Shown here piece by piece: positions 1-14,345 of a stretch of DNA of 64,000 nt (the first letter of the stretch is position 1; every line of letters starts with the position of its first letter). Below the pieces are notes generated by a model. That model did no database searches. It saw only the letters and a program-made list of their open reading frames with translations, and was not told where the DNA came from. Made by a program: the position numbers and the translations under genes. The DNA is from Eledone cirrhosa (lineage: Eukaryota): positions 332,134,001-332,198,000 of the forward strand of contig OZ024742.1 of assembly GCA_964016885.1 (NCBI GenBank), in the 5' to 3' direction.

Positions 1-240
1 CGTTTTATAATCATAATATTTTTCTCGTTTGGGTAAGTTATATTGTTAATTTATATATGATTTTTTAAATTTATATTAACTATTAAAAGTCAGACAATAT
101 TTTTATACATCTTACAATAATATTTCTAAGATCATTTATAAAATAACAATTATATAATCTAATTACATTACAACGATAATGTATTATTAATATATATCAT
201 GTTTAACTAGAGTTATTACAAGCGTTGCCTTAAAAAAATA

Positions 241-692
241 TTAAACTAATCCGGAAAAATGCGCAAGCTCCAAAGAGCCACAGAATGTTATAATAAACCT
301 TCAAAAGTGTGGGACTAGAGTTGTTGCTCAAAAATATTGTAATCATTATCTATCGTACACTCTGTGGCATCCTTTTATAAAAAAAGAGACTCATAACGAA
401 CTCAAGACGACACGATAATTATTTAAATGAATTTATAATATAGAATTCGGTTTAAGTGCATTTCGTATTAATCATTACTAAACATCTAATATGAGATATT
501 CAACATTAGCTTAAATAATTATCGCGTCGTCTTGAGTTCGTTATGAGTCTCTTTCTTATAAAAGGATGCCAGAGTGTACGATAGATAATGATTACAATAT
601 TTTTTAGCAACAACTCTAGTCCCACACTTTTGAATGTTTATTATAACATTCTGTGGCTCTTTTGAGCTTGCGCATTTTTCAGGTCTAGTTAA
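241..692. repeat. Fold-back inverted repeat (arms ~241-426 and ~511-692, spacer ~85 bp); MITE/Helitron-like candidate
   Basis: ccggaaaaatgcgcaagctc...gataattatttaa is matched by its reverse complement ttaaataattatcgcg...gcttgcgcatttttcaggtctagtt with few mismatches. Confidence 0.85.
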
Positions 693-1374
693 TTTTGGTT
701 ATTCTCACAAAATATATTATGGATTATATTTTTAAATGAACACAGGAAAACAAATAGCTTTTCATCATAGAGCCATGGGTGGTTTCAGTTGAATTGATAT
801 CAAAGCGTTATGAATTGGTTATGCTTATCACATTAAATATGTTACCTTTTCTCTAATTTAACTATAACAATTGCATTTGGCTCTGTACATCATGTTCTTT
901 TATAAAACTCTATTTTATTGTTGACAAGCTGTCAAAGCCATATTATGAAATTAATTGGGTGAAGACGCGTGACATAATGATTAAGATATTCGGCCTACGA
1001 TTGTAAAACAGCATAATTCTTATCTTGTTCTGAGGGATAACAGCATAATTCTTATCGTGTTCTTATCGCACGCTGCCCTAAGGCTACAGGCAGGGGATCG
1101 ATGCGTTAGATAAAAATGTTGCTAAATATTTTCCGGCTTTTTGTGTTGTTCAAATGACAACAAAATCAAATACCCTCTATTGCTATGCCAAACCCTTTTT
1201 ATCCCCAGGAAAATCCTGAAAGATTTTTGCAACGGAAGGTATTTATAATCGGATATACGTTTCAATGTCACGTGGATACAGGAGTTTTGAATATCATGTA
1301 CTGCGAACACCTAAGCTACTACACTTTATCCACGATAATCCATCAAATGGGTACCACGTTTCAGAAACACTGAA

Positions 1375-1580
1375 TCATCGTCAAGTGAGCGTCGGAAAAC
1401 AGGCTTTATGGCATATATCTACGCTCCTTTATGACCTGAGTTCAAATCGTGCCGAGGTTAGCTTTGCCATTCATCCTTACGGAGTCGATAAAATAATGGA
1501 CCAGTAATGCATTGGGATCGATTTAATCGACTTTCCCCTCCCCAAAAACTGCTGGCCTTGTGTCTAAATCAGAAACCAAT
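1375..1580 (+). mobile_element. tRNA-derived SINE (family 1), diverged copy
   Basis: B-box-like gagttcaaatc, central gccgaggttagctttgccattcatccttacggagtcgataaa and tail gctggccttgtgtctaaatcagaaac; homologous to 59721-59910. Confidence 0.75.
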
Positions 1581-2253
1581 ATAATATTGTAACGCGTATC
1601 TAAACAAACGCAGTCCGTAACGAAACGAGTAGATATGTTTGCATATACATATATGTAAAAATATGTTCATTTATGCAAAAATGTATATATATTCAAATTT
1701 CAACATCTCCTTTTACTTGGGTGTGATAATCCATAGCACGAAGAAAAAACACAAAAATAGAGAAAAGTTAACGTATTACGCCTCGGTGAATATCAAAGCT
1801 TATCAAGATTTCGGACAATACGCACTTTGTCAAGATAGAGAGAAAGAGAATAGAAAAGAAAATTGTTGGGAAAAAATTGCATTATAATAAGGCCAGTGTT
1901 TTTACTTATGATGAAGCGGATGTAGATATGTATGTGGTTTCTGTGCGAAGAGAGTGCGTTGAATGGTACGTGAATATTTAGGTCTTGGGCAGAGAGTCAA
2001 GTATATAAACTGGTGTTTGTATGTGTGTTCAAATGGCAAAAGTAGTTGGTATTACTTGTGGGGTAGGGGGGGGGGGTTACCAAAACAACGGATATAGGTG
2101 GGACTGTATGAGTGGGCATATAGGTTCGAAGCTGTGTGTATGCGAATGTTTAAAAATGTATTTGTATGGATCGGGGTTAGAGAAAAGATAGTCAATTATA
2201 AGCTAAAGTTGATCAATAAATTATGATTAAAATTTAGTACATGGAAGCCCGAC

Positions 2254-2304
<51 letters not shown>

Positions 2305-2432
2305 TTGTGTGTGTGTGTATGTGTGTGTGTAAGTGGACATTTCATTAACTGCTACATAATCATTCTGCAAGTCTGAAATTAACAACAAAAATGAAAACTA
2401 ACTTATATATATATACGATATCAGGTTATATT

Positions 2433-2519
2433 CACATTCTGATTTGAAAGAGTTTGCCAGGTGGTGCTATTAAGTTAGACATGGCCTGGTCCAATACTGG
2501 CCACAACCTATCAGAGTTA
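2433..2519 (+). mobile_element. 3'-terminal fragment of CR1-type LINE family B
   Basis: gccaggtggtgctattaagttagacatggcctgg...ctggccac matches the 3' UTR at 45305-45381 and ends at (TA)n. Confidence 0.75.
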
Positions 2520-2526
2520 TATATAT

Positions 2527-2582
<56 letters not shown>

Positions 2583-2586
<4 letters not shown>

Positions 2587-2742
2587 GTGGTAACACAACA
2601 GTTAGTTCACCATACCGAGAACAATTGTTTCACCTTCGCGCATCTTCAGCTCGGGATCCCGAGTGTAACCATTTCTACCTAACTCGTCCCTTGGACTGAG
2701 TGCTCTACCACTACGGATATTACCTTCCAGTGTTCCACCACT
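2583..2742. mobile_element. Short PLE-type insertion: inverted HHR-bearing arm, 14-nt forward arm and ~65-nt tail, between (TA)n tracts
   Basis: tagaagtggtaaca (2582) vs tgtaaccatttcta (2664-2677) are imperfect reverse complements; an HHR lies on the minus strand at 2615-2654. Confidence 0.65.
2615..2654 (-). ncRNA. Minimal type-I hammerhead ribozyme
   Basis: Minus strand reads CCGAG-CTGAAGA-tgcgcgaaggt-GAAA-CAATTG-TT-CTCGG: stem I CCGAG/CTCGG, palindromic stem III ACAATTGT, weak stem II. Confidence 0.7.
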
Positions 2743-2761
2743 ATATATATATATATATATA

Positions 2762-3322
2762 TATTGTTATACTTTGGGAGGGTCATGTTGCCAATAAGAA
2801 ACACACGCACCAGGTGCTTTCACTTCAATTTATTATAATAAATTTAGGAATTTATAAATTTCTGGTTGGTTGGTTGGTTCCACAACCAGATAGTTGTTTA
2901 TATATTGTCAAAGTTCTTTCGTCACACATTCTGTGACATCTTCAGTGACTGGGGATTCTTTTCTTTGTTTGTGTGCCTCTCCTTTGGTCTGTCCTACGCC
3001 ATTTTGTTTCTGAACAAAATGGCGTAGGACAGAACAAAGGAGAGGCACAAAAACAAAGAAAAGAATCCCCAGTCACTGAAGAGGTCACAGAATGTGTGAC
3101 GAAAGAACTTTGACAATATATAAACAACTATCTGGTTGTGGAACCAACCAACCAACCAGAAATTTATAAATTCCTAAATTTATAAATTTATTATAATATA
3201 TTGAAGTGAATGTTATTGGTGCGTGCGTTTCTTATTGGCAACATAACCCTCCCAAAGTATAACAATATCGGTTTCAACACACGTTTTCAGATAAAGAATC
3301 TTGCTAAACAAATTCAGAAACG

Positions 3323-3325
<3 letters not shown>
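2762..3325. mobile_element. Palindromic insertion of the pLTR/3' end of the PLE at 11401-12860 (arms ~250 bp, centre ~3010, tail 3268-3325)
   Basis: Near-perfect inverted arms; the right arm matches 12590-12860; each arm carries an HHR (plus-strand copy 3071-3115: AGTCA-CTGAAGA-GGTCAC..GTGAC-GAAA-GAAC-TT-TGAC). Confidence 0.9.
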
Positions 3326-3356
<31 letters not shown>

Positions 3357-4060
3357 CTTTGAAAACATTGATAGGTTTTGGCCCAGTCCATTTCTAACTA
3401 TATAGCACCACCTGGCGAAGTCTTTCAAATCAGGATTTGGACACCATGGCCCACTCAAGAAGGGAGTTACTATACATATCTGAGTGGGGAGGTTTATCCA
3501 GAATTTCTTGAAGGAATTTGTCCAAAGACTTCTTGAACTTTATGGGGTCTTTTTCTATTTTAAAGAGAGCGGACGAATTGAGATGAATAATTGTGCCGTA
3601 TTATTGTTATGAGGTGCGAGTGTGATTTTTGTTGTGGGTGCATTGCATGGGGCCCAAGCCTTGGGGGTACCTTAAAGGTGTTGCCAACATCATTTGGGCA
3701 ATGCTGGTGGAATATATTCCCCATCATGCAGATGATGCAGCGATCCGGAGACGTAGGAGAAAATAAAGTTTGAGTTTTTTCTAATCGACCCCTATAGTCA
3801 ACGCCTGACATGCCATCTATCTTTATCGCGATTGAGTTTTGAGGAGCTTCAAATTTCATGATACTTTGTTTCGTGTGGCTCCCCACACGAAACAAAGTGG
3901 ACAACAGTATTCAAGGTGGGGTCGGGCAAAAGTGGAGAAGAGAAGGATGACATTGTGGATATCTCTCGACTGGAAGGTTCTGAGAATCCAGGGACACATT
4001 CTGCGGGCCATATCAATTTTGCTATTCATATGAGTGGCTCAGTTTATGTTGCTGTCCACA
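3357..4060 (-). mobile_element. 5'-truncated, decayed CR1-type LINE (family B), ORF2 C-terminus and 3' UTR
   Basis: Translation includes [11 protein letters not shown] / KIDGMSGVDYRGRLEK / HCPNDVG / PRLGP; homologous to 44693-45381. Confidence 0.85.
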
Positions 4061-4061
4061 A

Positions 4062-4567
<506 letters not shown>

Positions 4568-5243
4568 GAACCAGGCTACAACAAAAAAGAGTTTCGGGGT
4601 TGATGATATGATCGAGAAAATCCTTTTCGGGTGTTGCACTAGCATGGCCGCAGTCTGATGTATTAAACCAGTAAAATGTTGAGTTAATCAACTTATATCC
4701 CATTAGCAATATGTAGACAAATAAAAGAGTATAGTCATTGCTACTTATATTTCGGCATTCAGCACATTAATGATACCGCTTCTACTGCTGCTGCTGCTAC
4801 TACTACTATTACTACTACTACTACTACTACTACTACAGATATTGATAATAAAATAGTATCAGTAGTAGTTGTATTAGTAGTAGTAGTAGGAGTTGTTAAT
4901 TTACTAGCATTGATATTTCTATTGAGAGTACACATACTTTCAACACCGACTGTGCCTACGTGGAAACAGGTAAGTTAATAGGTGTGCAGGGGAGGCAACT
5001 CAAAAATATGAACGTTATATTACCTCCCTCACAGAAGCAAAATCACTTGCGAAAATAAATGAATGATACTTAAAGGTACACGTAAATACAAAACACATCA
5101 TTATGCGTATCATATATATATATATATATAAATATATACACACACACACACATACACACTTACACACATACACACATACACACATACATACATACATACA
5201 TACATACATACATACATACATACATACATACATACATACATAC

Positions 5244-5525
5244 ATGATGATGGCTTCCCCCTCGTTATCGAGTGTGGTCGTTGCACGATATACCATTATT
5301 ACTAATTATTAATTAATTCTATCGTGCAATGCCTGTACGTGAAGATATTTTTGCCAATACCACTCTCTGGGCGACAGTAGCTATAACCCGAAAAGAAGAA
5401 AAGATCAACATCATCGGTAACTACTGAACTGCAGGTTTTATATCGGAGTTATCCCTGTTTCCTGAGTTGCCTTCTCCTAGAAGAATTCCCTGAGAAAGGC
5501 TAGGAGTCCTTCACTCCCAGTGGTT
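5244..5525 (-). mobile_element. Older relative of the RTE-related non-autonomous element
   Basis: Shares aagatcaacatcatcgg and ccttctcctagaa...aaaggcta blocks with 5537-6025; adjoins a (TACA)n tract. Confidence 0.55.
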
Positions 5526-5536
5526 TATACATACAT

Positions 5537-6243
5537 AGTGGCTGCCAACTCGTTTTCGAGTACGGCCACTACTTTATATCCATGTACGAGAACCATTACC
5601 GATGCGCTGAACGAGTGTGACTTTTTTGTCCAGCCAGCGACTTGAAAACTCTGGTACAAAAACTACACCTGTGACAATTATTGACACATAGTGCTGGGCC
5701 GATGGTACCATGGGACGATAAGTGCAGAGAGATCTCCAGATATAAAGCAATGCCTGTGTTGTGAAGCTTTTATAGTGAGCAAAGGCACTGCACAAATCCA
5801 GTTCCACTCTCTTAACCAAGATGATATTTACCAAAAAGAACAACAAGTCAACATCATTGGATACCATCAGGGTTGCAGGTGTTATATCAGAGTTTTCCTT
5901 CTCCTAGAATTCTGCGTTGACAAAGGCTAAGGAGTCATCTCTCCCGGTGATTTTGGATGGCCATTGACTCTTAAGAGCTCCTTTGCCCTTTGACAGGATT
6001 TGTTTTTAGTCCTGCAGGATCTCCAAATTCAAGAGAAGCCCTACCAATGCGCTGAACGAGTGTGACTTTTAGTCCAGCCAGCGACTTTAAAACTCTGGTA
6101 CAAACACTACACTTGTGACAATCATTGACACATAGTGCTAGGCCCATGGTACCATGTGACGACAAGTGCAGAGAGATCTCCAGATATAAAGCAATGCCTG
6201 TGACGTGAAGCTTTTATAGTGAGCAAAGGCACTGCACAAAGCT
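5537..6243 (-). mobile_element. Non-autonomous RTE-related retroelement with (TATG)n tail; 6026-6243 is a second, internal partial copy
   Basis: Closely matches 43044-43652 and 47684-48241; contains the RTE-5'UTR-like ctaggagaaggaaaactctga; no credible ORF. Confidence 0.75.
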
Positions 6244-9045
<2,802 letters not shown>

Positions 9046-9402
9046 ATACCGACAGCGGCACCAAACGGTTTCGGCTTGCGAGTCACACACAAGCTGGAAC
9101 CGCGATTGAGATGTTATACATCTCTCTACCAACTCTTCATCTTCCCCTGAATCGAGTACTCTCATGATGGGTACAGTCTGCCCGGTCTCAGTGCTGCAGG
9201 CTCCACATACACACACACACACATATATATATATGAGAGAGAGAGAGTCTGTAATGCTTAGACCAGGGAGAACACAAATCAGGCGAGTACTCAATGATTG
9301 GTGAGATGCACATTCGGCATAGAGAGTGGTATGAAACCGTCCGCTTGTTATCGGCATCATACCTCTCTCTCTAACTATGTATCAATCTCTCTCTCTCTCT
9401 TC

Positions 9403-9442
<40 letters not shown>

Positions 9443-9660
9443 CATTCACTTCATTCACTTCATTCTCCGATGTATCTATAAATACCAATACCATGTGTTA
9501 CACCCTCCTGTATTTCGATGATTTGATGAGAGATACAACCTGTATTTAAGGTCGAGTGACGCAATCTCGAGTGATCGGCAGCCTTTAGACTCACCTGATC
9601 AATGAAACAATAGTTAATACTGTCAATAAAACCCTTTTTGTACAGCCGACCCATGTTATT

Positions 9661-9715
<55 letters not shown>

Positions 9716-9759
9716 TCCAACTTTGTCTGATTTACTCGTTTTATTTACGATCCTTTAAA

Positions 9760-11400
9760 ATATATATAATGGTATTATAATGAAATAGTATGATAGAATA
9801 TTAAATTCTAAGTGTTAATTGAACAAGTACTTTCATGCTTTCGCAATCTTCAGGTTCATGATATGTGGTGACAGTCGAGTTTGCAATTTTCAACTGTAAT
9901 GAGATGGGTAAATTTCCTACCTTTTATACATTTTATACAGAGAAAAGTGGCTCCAGAATGCAAAGCCCTGTAAACTGTATTTCGACCAATCAGTGTGTAG
10001 TTTCACTGAATTACTACAGCTGATTGGTTTAAGCGTCACGGCTGGTTGAGCATGCTAACGACCAATAGTCATACCCAACGTATCAATTGTTTTGCTTTTT
10101 GAAATGATGAAAATAGCATTTTCTATTAATCATCACCATCAACATCACTTTTATTATTATTATTATTGTTGTTGTTGTTGTTGTTGTTGTTAGTGGTCGT
10201 GGTCATAGTGGTAGTAGAAGTAATACCCCTAGGCGTTATTATTGTTCATTTAGCTTGGGTTTGAATTTATCAATAAAATTCTTTTCTTTGATTTTTCTCT
10301 TGATTTCACTTGGGCTGTGTAATTTGTAGAATGGGAATATTATAAATATTCCCTGACCACATGTTGTCAGGTGGCCGCTTAGGGGTATCTGACGGACATT
10401 TGGGTCTCTGATTTGTTGACGGTGTACCCTTGCACGTTCCGATAGTGCATTTCCAGTTTGACCGACATATAGTTCTTCACAATTCGGGCATTTAATGCAG
10501 TAAATTAGATTTCTGCTTTTGCAGTTCATATTTGCATTTGGGAATATTTTTCCAGTTTTTGTTTTCATATATTGACCGGCGTGTATGGATTGACATGTGC
10601 CGCATCGATTATCATTGCATTTAGATACAGTGAACTTTGCTTTTGTTAGCAATTGCTTCAAATTTTTTGGCTGTCTTTTACTAAGAGTCAAAGATCGATC
10701 TGTGATTAAGCCTTTTATTCATTACTTTGAGCAATGATCGGTAGGTTTGCTTTGGCAGTGTTGAAGATATTCTGGTGACATGGGTTGTGTGTCATTATAA
10801 ATGGTATGACCAGTTCTTGGTTTCTTCTTCCTTGGGTTGTTCTAAGTTGTTGTATATGTATTTTTATAGCCCGCTGTATGCCATTTTCTATAAGTAGAGA
10901 TGGGTATTTTTGTTTGAGCAAAAATTCTCTTAGTTCTGTTAGGCGTTTGTACCTGGTATTCGTATCTTCTACAATGGTACAAATTCTTCTGGCTAGGCAG
11001 TATGGGATGTTGCGTTTTGTATGAGGTGGATGGCACGACTTAAAATTCAGATATTGATGGGTGTCTGTGTGTTTATAATATATATCCGTGGTAATGGTGG
11101 TGTCGTTTTTGATTATCATTATATCTATGAATGGTAATTTGGTCCTACTCATCTCTTTTGTGAATTGGAGAGATGGGTGTAGGTTATTCAGGAGGATATT
11201 GAACTCATCCAGAGTATCTAGAGATTCTGTCCAGATGATGAAACAGTCGTCAAGGTATTTCTTCCAAGATTTTTCAATGTACTTTCTAAAGTCAGTACTA
11301 TATTTTTCCTCTATTTCTTGGTAGAGTTGTTGTTCTAAGTATCCCATTACAGAGTTCGCGTAAACGGGAGAAAACTTCGTTCCCATCGCTGTGCCTTGTA
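9760..11400 (-). mobile_element. 5'-truncated Penelope-like element (Neptune-type): RT C-terminal half, Cys linker, GIY-YIG endonuclease and pLTR with HHR
   Basis: ORF 10715-11386 has QGTAMGTKFSPVYAN, YLDD, YYKHTDTHQYL, SCHPPHTKRNIPY. ORF 10239-10691 has CNDNRCGTC, NLIYCIKC, YVGQT, KPKLN. The two ORFs are separated by a disruption. The 3' boundary is approximate. Confidence 0.92.
9820..9858 (-). ncRNA. Minimal hammerhead ribozyme in the PLE pLTR
   Basis: Minus strand reads TGAAC-CTGAAGA-TTGC gaaa GCAT-GAAA-GTAC-TT-GTTCA; palindromic stem III AGTACT. Confidence 0.85.
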
Positions 11401-12853
11401 CTAGACACAGAGCTCTGGTTAGATACCATTAACAACCAAAAACAAATCCTCCATTCCCATTATGCCAAACCCATGACTTCCAAACATCTGATCCACCGAA
11501 ACTCGGCCATTTCGGACCATACCAAAATCAACATACTGATTGCGGATTTGGTACGGGTGATGAGAAATGTGTCCCGCATGTGCAACCCCGAAGAACTAGA
11601 GAGACACATACAACACTTCATCCACCGTATGCAGTTCTCTGGCTACAATCAGAGAGATAGAATCAGAGTGTATAAAGGAGCCAGAACCAAATGGGAAAAA
11701 ATGGTAAATAATGACATAAATGGGACCTGCCCCTTGTATAGGAGCACATTTTGGAATAGAATAGAAAGAACTAGGAACAAGGCCAATAGAATAAACTCAT
11801 GGTATGATAGCAATAAATACCAGAGTGTAATGTTCATCAATACAACCCCTAGAGGCGAACTAGCCTACAAATTTAGAAGGGCCCTAAATAAACATAATCT
11901 CAATATTAAGATAGTAGAAAGACCTGGTACCTCCGTAAAAACACTTATTAGCAAGACATACCCGTTCCAAAGACCCTCATGTATAGATAAGAAATGTATA
12001 ACCTGTAAAATAAGCCCCCATATTAACTGTAAAACTAGAAATGTAGTGTATAGCATAAGATGTACTGAAGGACAATGTAGAAACAAAAATATAGTGTACA
12101 TAGGTGAGACAGCTCGTAGTATAGGGGAACGAATAAATGAACACTGGCGAGACCTCCAAGATAATAAAGAATCATCTGTGCTCTACCAACATGCTAAGAT
12201 AGAACACAGGGGTAGATTAGAGAGCATAGAAATAAAAATAGAATCCACGCACAGAAAAGACGCAATGTTTAGGCAAAATACAGAGGCAGTAAGCATAAAA
12301 GAATTAAAACCAAAATTAAATAGAAAATATGAGTGGAACAGCAACATCACAACTTACAATTAAGGACAAAATGAAAACACACACACACATAGAACAAACA
12401 ACTTACAATTGAAAACACACACAAAATGAAAACACACACAGGACAAAATGAAAACACACACACACATAGAACAAACAACCAACCAACAATAAATAAATAA
12501 ATAAATAAACAAATAGAAAAATGAACACAAACACACACAGACACCCGGATGTGGCGCATGCGCAAACTGAGCACACAACACACACACAGAAACAAAATGG
12601 CGTAGGATAGAAGAAAGAAAAGGCACAGAAACGAAGAAAGGAATCCCCAGTCACTGAAGAGGTCACAGAGTGTGTGACGAAAGGACTATGACTATATATA
12701 TAAACAACTATCTGGTTGTGGAACCAACCAACCAACCAGAAATTTATAAGTTTGTAGATTTGTAAATTTATAAATTTATAAATATATAATAAATTGAAGT
12801 GAAAGCAACTGGTGCGTGTGTTTCTTATTGGCAACATGACCCTCCCAAAGTAT

Positions 12854-12860
<7 letters not shown>
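11401..12860 (+). mobile_element. 5'-truncated Penelope-like element of a second family (possibly Naiad-like): RT thumb, Cys linker, GIY-YIG and pLTR with HHR
   Basis: Open frame 11401-12363: LDTELW...HYAKPMTSK...SAISDHTKINILIADLVRVMRN...CIDKKCITC...NVVYSIRC...YIGETARSIGERINEH...KPKLN. Ends at (TA)n. Confidence 0.9.
12649..12693 (+). ncRNA. Minimal hammerhead ribozyme in the PLE pLTR
   Basis: AGTCA-CTGAAGA-GGTCAC..GTGAC-GAAA-GGAC-TA-TGACT. Confidence 0.8.
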
Positions 12861-12901
<41 letters not shown>

Positions 12902-12904
<3 letters not shown>

Positions 12905-13285
12905 TAAGTATGTTTTGAAACAGCGAGCAGGTTTGAAATTAGTAAATAGAATAACTTTCAACGTATTTTTGACTAAAGAAATGTTAGCCTGATAATGGGG
13001 TTTATTTAGAACCCTCAGATAAATGGAAAAAGATGCGTATTGACGTACATGGGAGTCGAACCCACATATTTGGTTATCCAGACCACTGTGCTACCATTAC
13101 ACCAACACATCACCCATGTGTTGGTGTAATGGTAGCACAGTGGTCTGGATAACCAAATATGTGGGTTCGACTCCCATGTACGTCAATACGCATCTTTTTC
13201 CATTTATCTGAGGATTCTAAACCCCATTATCAGGCTAACATTTCTTTAGTCAAAAATACGGTGAAAGTTATTCTATTTTCTAATA
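12902..13285. mobile_element. Head-to-head palindrome of a tRNA-headed SINE (arms 12939-13110 and 13116-13285; tail 12902-12938)
   Basis: A box tggtgtaatgg and B box ggttcgactcc (13164-13174) occur in each arm; 5-nt loop; shorter palindromic relatives at 59021 and 60788. Confidence 0.85.
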
Positions 13286-13495
13286 TATATATATATCTAT
13301 ATATATATAGTGTTTAAGTTTGCTTCAAGCATTGTGGAATATGAAAGATGTTCATTTTAGAAGCATCTACAATGCAGATAGATACGTCTCCGGGTAACAA
13401 AATCAGTTGGCATTAGGAAGAAAGAGGTAAACGGCCTAATTTTGTCATGCGGAGATGTTTCCATCAGCATTTTAAAAGCTTGCAAAGCGAGCAAT

Positions 13496-13527
<32 letters not shown>

Positions 13528-13645
13528 TGGGGCTGTAGTAACGAATCGTTTATTTACTAAGATTTCACAATGTCTTATTAAGTTAGTCATCATTAGAATA
13601 TTAATTAATACTGAAAATGATGTAAACGAAGTTAACATTAAATAA

Positions 13646-13832
13646 TAATTGTTTCTACTTTAGGCACAAGGCCAGCATTTACCCAGTGCATTACTGGTAG
13701 TTTATTTTATCGACCCCGTAAGGATGAAAGGCAAAGTCAACCTCGGCGGGATTTGAACTCAGATCGTAAAGGGACGTAACTATGCTGGAAAGCATGGTGT
13801 CTGACCCTCCACCGATACTGCATATCCACCGC
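13646..13832 (-). mobile_element. tRNA-derived SINE family 1, full length
   Basis: Reverse complement of 59721-59910. Confidence 0.85.
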
Positions 13833-14132
13833 AATGTTACCTCAAAATATTCATGACAGTTCCACACCGATTTGTTTCCTGAAAAGCAGTCAATTTAGGT
13901 GCGAGCAACGACCTATGAAACAATATGTTGTCGGAATATTACACACGACTGACGCTACACCTGCCAGAATGGATACCACTTCCAACTTCCAACTCGGCTG
14001 TGCATATCAATCCTGTTCATGAAGATTATGAACTGGAGAGTTGAAAGTACACTGCCATCTTGTACTTGATTATATATATATATATATTAAATAACAGATT
14101 AATGTTTAAGCAAAGTATCCCTGCTTTCACCC

Positions 14133-14179
<47 letters not shown>

Positions 14180-14345
14180 TATAGAATTAGAATTTAGCTT
14201 TGAACATAGCTGTATGCATATATGTATTTGAATTTCGTATATCTAAAGAAATACGGTAGGTTTATAAATAAACATTTAGAAAGCCATAGCTATGAACAGC
14301 ACTCGCCGCTAACGCCACCATCGGGTGCTCGGCCAAAGGAAGGGA
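14180..14345 (-). mobile_element. Diverged 3' fragment of the 336-nt retrozyme family
   Basis: Reverse-complement similarity to 4310-4456; abuts (TA)n. Confidence 0.65.

Noticed and set aside
5574-5930. 79-97 aa ORFs conserved across three loci
   Set aside because: Conservation reflects recent copies of one repeat; no recognisable domain.
12985-13025. HHR-like ctgataa-tgggg..cctca-gataa in the tRNA-SINE
   Set aside because: The core deviates in all copies, stems I and III are absent, and the orientation is opposite to that of the other families.
13116-13186. Functional tRNA gene
   Set aside because: The acceptor and anticodon stems pair poorly and the sequence is embedded in a repeated element; treated as a SINE head.
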